Assembly (NCBI GenBank): GCA_965248495.1
Contig: CBDFJL010000003.1
Coordinates: forward strand, 924,852-988,851
DNA length: 64,000 nt
Origin: Dehalococcoidia bacterium
Lineage (GTDB): Bacteria; Chloroflexota; Dehalococcoidia; Lucifugimonadales; Australimonadaceae
Direction of reading: 5' to 3'
In this document: positions 19,378 through 27,571 of the stretch, one piece after another
Numbering within the stretch: the stretch's first letter is position 1
Layout of the letters: each line of letters starts with the position of its first letter
Position numbers and translations under genes: made by a program
Notes under the pieces: model-generated
Databases searched by the model: none
What the model saw: the letters and a program-made list of their open reading frames with translations, nothing else
What the model was told of the DNA's origin: nothing

Positions 19378-19553
19378 CCGTTCGCCCTGAGCTTTGTTGA
19401 AGGACGGGTGCCGTTACCGGCGGGAGGCCAGGGCCAGCAGCAGGCGCCAGCCCACGGTGTCATCCTGAGCGAAGCGAAGGATCTGACCTGCCACAGCCGC
19501 CGCGCCCCAGGCCCGTCTTCGACGAGTTCCTCAGGATGACGCATTCAGGGGTG
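19378..19553 (+). repeat. REP-like elements plus an 11-bp inverted repeat (GTCATCCTGAG...CTCAGGATGAC)
   Basis: Cores lie at 19386-19403 (gCCTGAGCtttGTTGAAGG) and 19464-19480 (CCTGAGCgaaGCGAAGG). The inverted repeat spans 19459-19469 and 19530-19540. Confidence 0.6.
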
Positions 19554-19955
19554 CTAGCGGCGCGAGGCGAGGGCCAGCAGCAGGCGCCAGCCCACGAGCA
19601 TGGCGCCCGTCAGCCCCACGGCTACGATGGCGAAGGAGGGCGAGAAGGGCCTGTCGAAGGCCACCACCCGTATGGGGACCGCCGCGATGCCCGCCACTAG
19701 CCATGCGCCGGGTATCAGCGCGAGCGTCCGTGCCGGCGAGCGCAGCGTTCGCGTGGCGTAGGCGCCTGTGGCGAGCCCGACGATGGCCCACGCCAGCGCG
19801 AACGGCAGCGCGGTGCGCAAGAAGGTGTCAGCGGAGAGCGACGTGTCGTGGTTCGCCGAGCCGAGGAGTGGGAACAGCGCGAAGACGACCGCATCGCCGA
19901 TGGCGGCATGGACAGGGCGAGGGCTGGTGCTATACCGCCAGCCGAGGAGCGCCAA
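19554..19955 (-). CDS. DUF3054-like integral membrane protein
   Basis: Four predicted TM segments; contains ...AAIGDAVVFALFPLLGSANHD...LPFALAWAIVG. It lies immediately downstream of tyrS. Confidence 0.6.
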   Translation of the reverse strand: MALLGWRYSTSPRPVHAAIGDAVVFALFPLLGSANHDTSLSADTFLRTALPFALAWAIVGLATGAYATRTLRSPARTLALIPGAWLVAGIAAVPIRVVAFDRPFSPSFAIVAVGLTGAMLVGWRLLLALASRR

Positions 19956-19956
19956 G

Positions 19957-21201
19957 CTACCCGCGCACCACGCGCACGAACTTGCGCTTGCCGACCCGGA
20001 CGATGGAACCGAACGCGATTTGCGCTTGCTCGCCGGTGGCGCGCTCGTCCGCGATCTCGACGGCGTCCTGCGCGACCAGACGGCGTGCTTCGGTGCGGCT
20101 GGAGGCGAGCCCCACCCCCGCGAGCCACCGGCTCAGGTCGACGGTGAACGTCTCTGCGTCCATCGACTGGACGCCATCCGCGTCGGCGGCGACGGCCAGC
20201 TCCGGCACCTCCGACGGCTCCTCGCGGCGCTGGACGACGCGCTCGAACTCGGCCTGCGCTGCGCCGGCGGCGTCGGCGCCGTGGAACTCGGCGACGAGCT
20301 CGTAGCCGAGGCGCTTCTTCGCGTCCATGGCGTTGGCCGAGCGATCAGCAACCGCGTTCCGTACCTCGACAACCTCGGTGTCCGGCACGTCCGTCAGCAG
20401 CTCGTAGTAGAGCGGCACCACGTCGTCCGGCAGCGACATGACCTTGCCGAAGGTGTCTGCGGGCGTGTCCTCAAGGGCGATGTAATTGTCGAGCGACTTG
20501 CCCATGCGCCGCACGCCATCCGTCCCCGGCAGGATAGGCACCAGGAACACGTCCTGCGCGCGCTGGCCCCGCTTCTCCTGGAGGTCGCGGCCCACCAGCA
20601 GGTTGAAGCGCTGGTCGGTGCCGCCGAACTCGACGTCCGCCTCGACGGCCACGGAGTCGTAGGCCTGGAGGAGCGGGTAAAGCAGCTCGACCACGCCGAT
20701 GGGGCTGCCTGCCGCGTAGCGGGTGCCGAAGTCGTCGCGGTGCAGGAACTGGTTCACGGTGAACTCGGCCGACAGGCGCATGACGGTCGCCAGGGTGAAC
20801 TCGTCGAACCACTCGCTCTGGTAGCGGACCTCGGCGCGGTTGCGGTCGACCACGGAGAAGAACTGCCGCATGTAGGTCTCGGCGTTCTCCGCGACCTGCT
20901 CGGCGCTGAGCATTGGCCGTGTCTCCGACCTGCCGGATGGGTCGCCGATGCGTGCGGTCCAGTCGCCGACGATGACGACGACGGTGTGGCCGAGCTCCTG
21001 GAGCTGGCGCAGCTTGCGCAGGCCGACGACGTGCCCGAGGTGCAGGTCCGGGGCGCTGGGGTCGAACCCCATCTTGAGGCGCAACGGCCGTCCTGCGTTC
21101 AGTCGATCAATGAACTCCTGGCGTGGAATGATCTCCGCCACGCCCCGATTGACGATGCGGTCGAGCTCCTCCGGCGATGGCCGTCGCGCCTGCTCGGCCA
21201 C
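19957..21201 (-). CDS. tyrS: Tyrosine--tRNA ligase
   Basis: HIGH motif (DLHLGH), KMSKS-like KMGKS and a C-terminal S4-like domain. I chose GTG 21201 (VAEQARRPSPEEL), giving about 414 aa, with GGAGG 10 nt upstream. The upstream part of the track ORF is junk. Confidence 0.9.
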   Translation of the reverse strand: MAEQARRPSPEELDRIVNRGVAEIIPRQEFIDRLNAGRPLRLKMGFDPSAPDLHLGHVVGLRKLRQLQELGHTVVVIVGDWTARIGDPSGRSETRPMLSAEQVAENAETYMRQFFSVVDRNRAEVRYQSEWFDEFTLATVMRLSAEFTVNQFLHRDDFGTRYAAGSPIGVVELLYPLLQAYDSVAVEADVEFGGTDQRFNLLVGRDLQEKRGQRAQDVFLVPILPGTDGVRRMGKSLDNYIALEDTPADTFGKVMSLPDDVVPLYYELLTDVPDTEVVEVRNAVADRSANAMDAKKRLGYELVAEFHGADAAGAAQAEFERVVQRREEPSEVPELAVAADADGVQSMDAETFTVDLSRWLAGVGLASSRTEARRLVAQDAVEIADERATGEQAQIAFGSIVRVGKRKFVRVVRG

Positions 21202-21203
21202 GG

Positions 21204-22154
21204 CTAGCCGGCCTCCGACTTCGCGGCTTGGCCCAGCGCCAGTAGGGCTTTGGTCGCCTCGACGTCCAGTGCGATTTGCGCGGCCAGCTCGCCAGCGGAC
21301 GCAAAGCGCTCCTGCGGCCGGATGAAGCGTACGAATTCGATGCGCACGTCCTTCCCGTAGAGGTCGCCGTCGAAGTCGAGGACGAACGCCTCGACAACAC
21401 GCGGACCGGCGTCGTGGAACGTCGGCTTGGTGCCAACGCTCGCCGCGGCGCGCAGACGCTGGCCATCGACGACGACCCACGCGGCGTAGATGCCGTCCGC
21501 CGGCAGCGCCTGCGATGCACTGAGGTCGAGGTTGCAGGTCGGGAAGCCCAGCTCACCACCGCGCCCTTCCCCCGGGACCACCGGCGCAGCGAGGCTGAAG
21601 GGCCTGCCGAGGATTTCGGCTGCCGCTTCGACGTCGCCTGCCGCCAGAGCTTCCCGGATGGCCGTGCTCCGCGCAGGCCCGCGCTCGAGCACCAGGGGCT
21701 CAACGACGTGGACCGAGTAGCCCAGGCGGTCGCCAAGAGCAGTCAGCACGGGCGGCGTGCCCTCGCGGCCATGGCCCAGCGCGAAGTCGGGACCGAGCAC
21801 CATGTGGCGAAGGTCGAGCTCGTCTCGCAGGGCCGTGACGAACTGCTCGGCGCTGAGCTTCGAAAGCTCGGTGGTGAAGGAGACGGGCACTACATGATCG
21901 ACACCGGCGGCGCGGATCAGCTCGATGCGCTCGTCGACGGGCGTGAGCATGACGATGTCCAACCCTGGCCGTAGCACAGCGAGCGGGTGGTTTGAGAACG
22001 TCAGCGCAACGGAGGCCAGCCCACGAGCAGCGGCGCCGTCGCGAAGGGCATTGAGCACGTGTCGGTGCCCAAGGTGGACCCCGTCGAAGACGCCGAGCGT
22101 GACGGCCGTGGGGCCGGGCACGCCGACGGCTCGTAGCTCATCGCGCAGCGCCAT
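21204..22154 (-). CDS. ribF: Bifunctional riboflavin kinase/FMN adenylyltransferase
   Basis: LGVFDGVHLGHRHV (FAD synthetase) and PTFHDAGPRVVEAFVLDFDGDLYG (riboflavin kinase) are present. The start overlaps the upstream stop (TGATG). Confidence 0.9.
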   Translation of the reverse strand: MALRDELRAVGVPGPTAVTLGVFDGVHLGHRHVLNALRDGAAARGLASVALTFSNHPLAVLRPGLDIVMLTPVDERIELIRAAGVDHVVPVSFTTELSKLSAEQFVTALRDELDLRHMVLGPDFALGHGREGTPPVLTALGDRLGYSVHVVEPLVLERGPARSTAIREALAAGDVEAAAEILGRPFSLAAPVVPGEGRGGELGFPTCNLDLSASQALPADGIYAAWVVVDGQRLRAAASVGTKPTFHDAGPRVVEAFVLDFDGDLYGKDVRIEFVRFIRPQERFASAGELAAQIALDVEATKALLALGQAAKSEAG

Positions 22155-23188
22155 CAGGAGGCCGCGGCCATGGCCGGCGGCCGGGGGAAGGCGGCCCCCA
22201 GTGCCTGGAGCTGGACCATCAAGCGGGAGAAGTTCTTCGGCGTCAGCGACTGCGGGCCGTCCGACTTGGCGGTTTCGGGGGTCGGGTGGACCTCGATGAG
22301 GAGGGAGTGGACCCCCGCGACTGCGGCAGCCATGGCCATGGGCGATACCAGGTACCAGGCCCCCGTGCCGTGGCTCGGGTCGGCGACGATCGGCAGGTGG
22401 CTGAGGCGCCGAAGCACCGGGATTGCCGCCAGGTCCATGGTGTTGCGGGTCCCGACCTCGAAGGTCCGGATGCCGCGCTCGCAGAGCAGCAGGTCCGGGT
22501 TGCCTGCTGCCAGCACGTACTCACCCGCAAGGAGCAGGTCCTCGTAGGTAGTGGCGAACCCACGCTTGAGCAGGACCGGTTTCCCGGCCCGCGCGGCCTC
22601 TTCCAGCAACGCGTAGTTCTGGACGTTCCGTGCCCCGATCTGGAGGATATCGGCGTGGGCCGCGACGGCCTCGACGTCCCGCGTGTCCATGACCTCGGTG
22701 ATCACGGGCAGGCCGGTCTCGTCGCGTGCCGCGGCGAGGATCTTCAGGCCGTCCAGCCCGAGCCCACGGAAGCTGTAGGGCGAGGTTCGGGGCTTGAAGG
22801 CGCCTCCGCGCAGCACCTGCGCACCCGCTGCCTTGACGAGGCGTGCGGTCGTCATCAGCTGCTCCTCGGACTCCACGGCGCAGGGGCCGGCCATGACGAC
22901 AAGGGGCTCGTCGCCGCCTATCCGGACTCCCGACACCTCGACGACGGTGTCAGCCGGCCGGAACTCGCGTCCCGTCAGCTTGTACGGCCGCGAGACGCGG
23001 ACCACCTCCATCACACCGGTGAGCGCCTCGATCTCGTTCTGGAGCTCGGGGTAGATGGCGCCAATGACACCGATCACGGTGCGCTCGGCTCCGACGATGT
23101 GATGCGGGGCGAGCCCGGCGCCGACGATGTGCTTCTCAACCGACGCCACGTCGTTGGGCGTGGAGTCGGCCGACATGACGACGATCAT
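22154..23188 (-). CDS. aroF: 3-deoxy-7-phosphoheptulonate (DAHP) synthase, class I-beta type with N-terminal regulatory domain
   Basis: [21 protein letters not shown]...[17 protein letters not shown]...[17 protein letters not shown]...[19 protein letters not shown] precedes ATG 23188. The 549-aa track ORF is an artefactual extension. Confidence 0.9.
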   Translation of the reverse strand: MIVVMSADSTPNDVASVEKHIVGAGLAPHHIVGAERTVIGVIGAIYPELQNEIEALTGVMEVVRVSRPYKLTGREFRPADTVVEVSGVRIGGDEPLVVMAGPCAVESEEQLMTTARLVKAAGAQVLRGGAFKPRTSPYSFRGLGLDGLKILAAARDETGLPVITEVMDTRDVEAVAAHADILQIGARNVQNYALLEEAARAGKPVLLKRGFATTYEDLLLAGEYVLAAGNPDLLLCERGIRTFEVGTRNTMDLAAIPVLRRLSHLPIVADPSHGTGAWYLVSPMAMAAAVAGVHSLLIEVHPTPETAKSDGPQSLTPKNFSRLMVQLQALGAAFPRPPAMAAAS

Positions 23189-23202
23189 GGCGCTCCTCCC
23201 AG

Positions 23203-24276
23203 CTAGCCGGAGTTGACGAGCTCGCTGCTCTGTCGAAGAGCGGCGTGTGCTTCCCGCAGCAGCTCCGCGGTCTCGTCCCAGCCGATGCATGCGTCGGTGA
23301 TCGAGACGCCATAGCGCAGCTTGGACGGGTCGCCGCTCAGCGCCTGTTTTCCTGGGTGCAGGTGGCTCTCGACCATCACGCCCACGATGTCGGCGTTGCC
23401 GGCGACGCGCTGCTGGACGACGTCGCGCAGGGCGATGGCCTGGCGAGTGTGGTCCTTGTCGGAGTTGGCATGGCTGCAGTCGACCATGAGCTGCGGCGGC
23501 AGCTCCGCATCGCGAAGGCTTTGCTGGACCTCGGCCATGAACGCCGCATCGTAGTTCGAGCCCCCGGTACCCCCGCGGAGCACGAGGTGGCCGGCCAGGT
23601 TCCCTGTCGTCTCGACGATGCACGTGCGCCCTTCGGCATCGATGCCGAGAAAGCCGTGTGGGGAGCGCGCCGAGACCATGGCGTCGATGGCGATCTGCGA
23701 GTTGCCGTCGGTCCCGTTCTTGAAGCCGACGGGCATGCTGAGCCCGCTGGCCATTTGACGATGCGTTTGGCTCTCGGTCGTTCGCGCGCCGATCGCCGCC
23801 CACGATACGAGGTCAGCGATGTACTGGGGCACGATGGGGTCGAGGAACTCGGTGGCGGCGGGAAGGCCCAACTCGCCGAGGTGCAGCAGGAGCCGGCGGG
23901 CGGCGGTCAGCCCAGTCTCCATGTCGAAGGAGCCGTCGAGCGCGGGGTCGTAGATCAGGCCCTTCCAGCCCACGGTGGTGCGGGGCTTCTCGAAGTACAC
24001 ACGCATGACGACGAGCATCTGCTCCGTCACGTCCGCGGCGAGCTTGGCCAACCGCTCGGCGTACTCGGTCGCCGCCGCCTCGTCGTGAATGGAACAGGGC
24101 CCGACGATGGCCAGGAAGCGGCTGTCCTCACCTGCGAGGATGCGTTTGATGGACTCGCGGCCTTCGGTGACGGTCTGCAGCGCCTGGTCGGTCATGGGCA
24201 GTCGAGCGCGCAGGTCGTTGGGAGCGATCAGTGGGCCGATGCGTCGTATGTTTACGTCGTGCATGGAGTGCGTCAT
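23203..24276 (-). CDS. aroG: 3-deoxy-7-phosphoheptulonate (DAHP) synthase, class I-alpha (AroG/F/H type)
   Basis: IVGPCSIHD, KPRTTVGWKGLIYDP, AIGARTTESQTHRQMASGLSMPVGFKNGTDG and DCSHANS are AroG-type signatures. Confidence 0.9.
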   Translation of the reverse strand: MTHSMHDVNIRRIGPLIAPNDLRARLPMTDQALQTVTEGRESIKRILAGEDSRFLAIVGPCSIHDEAAATEYAERLAKLAADVTEQMLVVMRVYFEKPRTTVGWKGLIYDPALDGSFDMETGLTAARRLLLHLGELGLPAATEFLDPIVPQYIADLVSWAAIGARTTESQTHRQMASGLSMPVGFKNGTDGNSQIAIDAMVSARSPHGFLGIDAEGRTCIVETTGNLAGHLVLRGGTGGSNYDAAFMAEVQQSLRDAELPPQLMVDCSHANSDKDHTRQAIALRDVVQQRVAGNADIVGVMVESHLHPGKQALSGDPSKLRYGVSITDACIGWDETAELLREAHAALRQSSELVNSG

Positions 24277-24330
24277 GACGCATTCCTTTCGTACCTTGGG
24301 ATAGGGATACGCTGGGCGGGCGGCGGCGCG

Positions 24331-24450
24331 CTAGCTATAGCGCCAGGCCACGCCCGGATACGTAAACAGCGGCGAAGGGCGCGAGCCGTTCCCGGCCAAC
24401 GTGCCGTTGGCACGCGGGGCGATGGCTTCAGCGGCGATTCCGGTCTTCAT
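24331..24450 (-). CDS. Unannotated 39-codon ORF with an aromatic-rich C-terminus; candidate leader or small protein
   Basis: Its ATG overlaps the aroH stop (ATGA). The product is MKTGIAAEAIAPRANGTLAGNGSRPSPLFTYPGVAWRYS*. 30 of 38 third positions are G/C. It ends 54 nt before the aroG start. It is too short for the ORF track. Confidence 0.4.
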   Translation of the reverse strand: MKTGIAAEAIAPRANGTLAGNGSRPSPLFTYPGVAWRYS

Positions 24451-24821
24451 GACCCGACCGTTCCTCTCGTCCGCAGGTTCCGGGCCTCCTTGAGGTAGAC
24501 GTGGACCAAGCCGTCTTTGGCCTTGTCCGTGTTGACCAAGAGCATCGCCCGGATGACCGATGGAGTGGCGCCGGGAACCGGAATCTCATGAGAGCTCATG
24601 AGCGCGGTGTGTTCCCATCCCAACCTGACGCGTGCTGCGACCGCTGGGAAGTCAGCATCCAAGTCCGTCGTCGTCGTAAAGAATATCGCAGCAACGGCTT
24701 GTTCATCAAGTCCGTTGGCCCTCACGACCTCGCGCAGCAGCTCCTCGGTGGCGCTGAGAATCGCGTCGGAGGTGTTGGCGTCCGCAGTGGTCGCTCCCCG
24801 TATGCCGAGGCACTGGCTCAT
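24447..24821 (-). CDS. aroH: Chorismate mutase, AroH class
   Basis: GIRGATTADANTSDAILSATEELLREV...FFTTTTDLDADFPA...RAMLLVNTD is the monofunctional AroH pattern. 4-nt overlap with trpA. Confidence 0.85.
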   Translation of the reverse strand: MSQCLGIRGATTADANTSDAILSATEELLREVVRANGLDEQAVAAIFFTTTTDLDADFPAVAARVRLGWEHTALMSSHEIPVPGATPSVIRAMLLVNTDKAKDGLVHVYLKEARNLRTRGTVGS

Positions 24822-25636
24822 GGCGTCCGGCTGTCGGTCGGTTGAGTGCGCCCCACAAGCTCCGCCACGTAGGCGCCGGCGCGCTCGGCGCGCTCGTTGG
24901 GCGGCGCCGAGTCTATCACGTCGATGACGCGGCTACCGACGGCCGCGGCCTGCGCGATGTCGGCCAGCTGCTCGACGTGCCGGCGTTGCGAGATGCCGAA
25001 GCCGACTGCCAGCGGTAGGCCCGTGTGGCGGCGGACGCGCGCCAGGAAGTCACCGAGGTTGGCCGGGAGGTCCGCGCGAGCGCCCGTGACGCCCGCGACC
25101 GATACGCAGTAGATGAAGCCGTCGGCACTGGCGCAGGCGCTCCGGATGCGATCGTCGGCACTGGTAGGCGCGAGCAATGGCGTCAGCGTCAGGCCGTTCG
25201 CCGTGAGCGCCGCGCGTAGCTCCGCGTCCTCTTCGGGCGGCAGGTCGACCACGATGAGCCCATCCAGGCCCGCCTCGGCGCAGTCGCGCGCGTACTTTTC
25301 GACGCCGTAAGACAGGATCGGGTTGTAGTAGCCCATGAACAGGAGAGGCACGGCGACGCCGGCGGCCCGAAGCTCTCGCACCGTGGCGATGCACTGAGCG
25401 GGCGTGACGCCGTTCTGGAGCGCTCGGTAGCTTGCCGCCTGGATCGAGGGACCGTCCGCTAGCGGGTCGCTGTAGGGGACGCCGAGCTCGATGACGTCGG
25501 CGCCGGCTGCCTCGATGGCGGTAACGATGGGCACGGTGTCTCCCACCTCGGGGAAGCCGACCGTCACGTACGGGATCACGCCGACGCGCCCCTCGTCGCG
25601 CATGCGAGCGAAGGCTGCTTCGATGCGGTTCGTCAT
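24818..25636 (-). CDS. trpA: Tryptophan synthase alpha chain
   Basis: IPYVTVGFP...IELGVPYSDPLADGPSIQ...YYNPIL...GVTGAR...GFGIS. No trpB is adjacent. Confidence 0.9.
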   Translation of the reverse strand: MTNRIEAAFARMRDEGRVGVIPYVTVGFPEVGDTVPIVTAIEAAGADVIELGVPYSDPLADGPSIQAASYRALQNGVTPAQCIATVRELRAAGVAVPLLFMGYYNPILSYGVEKYARDCAEAGLDGLIVVDLPPEEDAELRAALTANGLTLTPLLAPTSADDRIRSACASADGFIYCVSVAGVTGARADLPANLGDFLARVRRHTGLPLAVGFGISQRRHVEQLADIAQAAAVGSRVIDVIDSAPPNERAERAGAYVAELVGRTQPTDSRTP

Positions 25637-25639
25637 GCG

Positions 25640-26413
25640 CTATCCAATTCTTGAGTCCAGGGTGACTGCGGTGAAGACGACGTTGCCTAGGATAGCGGGC
25701 CAGAGCGATCCGCTGCGCCAGAAGACCCACGCGAGCAGGAGCCCCGCGCCGAACGCCGGGATGACGAGGCCGGGTCCGCCGCCGACGTGTGTGAGCGCGT
25801 ACAACGCGCTGGCGACGGCGGCCGCGGCGGGGACCTGCAGCCTCTCGGTCAGCCCCTGCATGACGAAACCGCGGAAAAGCACCTCCTCGGCGAACGGGCG
25901 CAGCACGGTGACGCTCGCGAAGAACAAGACTCTGTGGCGCTCGGCGGTCCAGATGATGGGGAGCTCATCGCGGGCCGACGGGATCGAGCCTACCTGCTCG
26001 GCCACCGCCGCGTACGCCCCGAAGATGACGCCCATGCCGACCGCCGCGATCAGGCCGAACGCGACGAAGTTGGCCCAGGAGAGCGAATTGAAACCCAGGG
26101 TGTTGATACCTATCTCCAGCCGCTCCGGGCCTCTCAGCGAGGCGGTCAACAGCGAACCGACGGAGAACAGCAGCATCGAAGCGAGCACACCGGCCCCGGT
26201 GACGGTGCTCTTGTTGGACCAGGTTCCCTCGGGTGAGACGATCAGCCCCGAGCCGCCGACGAAGAGCAGGGTCGCGATGCCGATGCCCAGTGCCGTCTGC
26301 CCGGCACTCCACATGCGTGGGCGGTCAGCGATATGGGGGATCAGGCGTAGGTCGGCGCCCGCGGATGAAGCCTGGCGCGAGGTAGACGCCTCGGGCCGCA
26401 TTGGGGACCTCAT
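25640..26413 (-). CDS. CPBP family intramembrane glutamic endopeptidase
   Basis: EEVLFRGF (EExxxR) and a later ALTH (His) motif, with multiple TM segments. ATGA overlap with the upstream paralog. Confidence 0.75.
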   Translation of the reverse strand: MRSPMRPEASTSRQASSAGADLRLIPHIADRPRMWSAGQTALGIGIATLLFVGGSGLIVSPEGTWSNKSTVTGAGVLASMLLFSVGSLLTASLRGPERLEIGINTLGFNSLSWANFVAFGLIAAVGMGVIFGAYAAVAEQVGSIPSARDELPIIWTAERHRVLFFASVTVLRPFAEEVLFRGFVMQGLTERLQVPAAAAVASALYALTHVGGGPGLVIPAFGAGLLLAWVFWRSGSLWPAILGNVVFTAVTLDSRIG

Positions 26414-27153
26414 GCGAGCACGGACCCGATGAAGGCGAGCGAGTTCTGCGTCATGTGGGCGGTGACCACCGGCCAGATCGAGCCGGACCGCCAATAGACC
26501 CACGCGAAGATGACGCCAGTGACGAACGCGGGCAGCATCAGCCCCGGCGTTAGATGGGCCACGCTAAAGACGGCAGCGCTAACCAGAATGGCAGGCCAGG
26601 GCCCCCAATGCGCCGCCAGCCCGCCGAACACGAAGCCGCGGTCGAACGCCTCCTCGACGATCGGCGCGACCACCCCGACCGTCACCCATGCATACAGCAG
26701 CGTCGCCAGCGGAGCGTCACCTCCCAAGCCCAGGTCGTCGGAGAGATCGGGCGGCGAGAGCGCTGGGGCGATTGCCTCGGTGAGGGTGATGTAGATCAGC
26801 CCGGTGAGAATGCCGCCGAACAGGGCGATGGCTGCCCAGGCCACGAGGCGTCCACGGGAGAGCCAACGAAAACCGAGCGCAGTCCACGTCACGCCGTGCC
26901 GGTAGGGGCCGAAGTAGTAGGCGACGCCCAGGGTGCCAAGCTGCAGGACCAGCGTCGCGGTCAGGAGCGCGGTGGCGGAAAACTCGACCTCACTCACCGC
27001 ACCGCTGGCCACGGCGATGACCGCCAGCAGGACGCCGGACGCCACAAAGACGCCCACAAAGGCGATAATCCCGATGGCGACGGTGTGGGGGCCCCAGGGG
27101 ACTCCGCCAGACTTGGTGTCGCCAACGGGAGAAACAGTTCGAAGGTCCATCAA
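26410..27153 (-). CDS. CPBP family intramembrane glutamic endopeptidase
   Basis: EEAFDRGF (EExxxR) and FSVAHL, with multiple TM segments. Confidence 0.75.
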   Translation of the reverse strand: MMDLRTVSPVGDTKSGGVPWGPHTVAIGIIAFVGVFVASGVLLAVIAVASGAVSEVEFSATALLTATLVLQLGTLGVAYYFGPYRHGVTWTALGFRWLSRGRLVAWAAIALFGGILTGLIYITLTEAIAPALSPPDLSDDLGLGGDAPLATLLYAWVTVGVVAPIVEEAFDRGFVFGGLAAHWGPWPAILVSAAVFSVAHLTPGLMLPAFVTGVIFAWVYWRSGSIWPVVTAHMTQNSLAFIGSVLA

Positions 27154-27227
27154 AAGCGCCCCGAGCCAAGTCCCTCAAAAACATGCTAGCAGCGCACCAC
27201 GAAGCCGGGCAAGGCGACCACGCGAGG

Positions 27228-27257
27228 TTGACACGACAGAGACGAGATTGGTAAACT
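27228..27257 (+). promoter_or_regulatory. Sigma-70-type promoter of the ilv-leu operon
   Basis: TTGACA (27228-27233), an 18-nt spacer, then TGgTAAACT (extended -10; hexamer at 27252-27257). Confidence 0.55.
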
Positions 27258-27261
27258 TTCG

Positions 27262-27530
27262 GCGCACTTTCAATAAGTTTCCGCAACGAAGGGAAGTAGT
27301 AGGGGACTCCTCGTCCAAGCGAGCCGGCGGTTGGTGAAAGGCCGGTGGCGTCAGGGCCCCGAACTCGTCCCGGAGCGGCCGACCTGAACGTTTTGAGCGG
27401 CTCAAAGCGTGTAGGGTAGGCGGAGCGCGCCGATACCGCGCCTAACGAAGCGCCTCCCAGCGGGCTGGGGGGAACGAGGGTGGTACCGCGGGCCTGGCCC
27501 GTCCCTTAATTGAGGGGCGGGTTTTTTTGT
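27262..27530 (+). promoter_or_regulatory. T-box leader, probable Leu (CUC) specifier, with intrinsic terminator
   Basis: T-box sequence AACGAGGGTGGTACCGCGG at 27473-27491. Stem I elements include the AGCGA bulge, a GGTGAAAG distal loop, and a specifier loop with AGUAGUA opposite GAA-CUC-G (CUC at 27364-27366). The terminator cccgtccc-ttaattga-ggggcggg plus T7 lies at 27497-27528. Confidence 0.8.
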
Positions 27531-27571
27531 CTGCGGATTAGGGCGGGGTAGATGAGAACGAGGCTGACGAC

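Noticed and set aside
22154-23803. 549-aa version of the I-beta DAHP synthase ORF, and the 411-aa ORF 33347..34582 and 477-aa ORF 34255..35688
   Set aside because: The N-terminal extensions overlap the preceding genes out of frame and are Arg-rich junk. Real starts with an RBS or coupling are at 23188 (aroF), 33995 (leuD) and 34585 (leuB).
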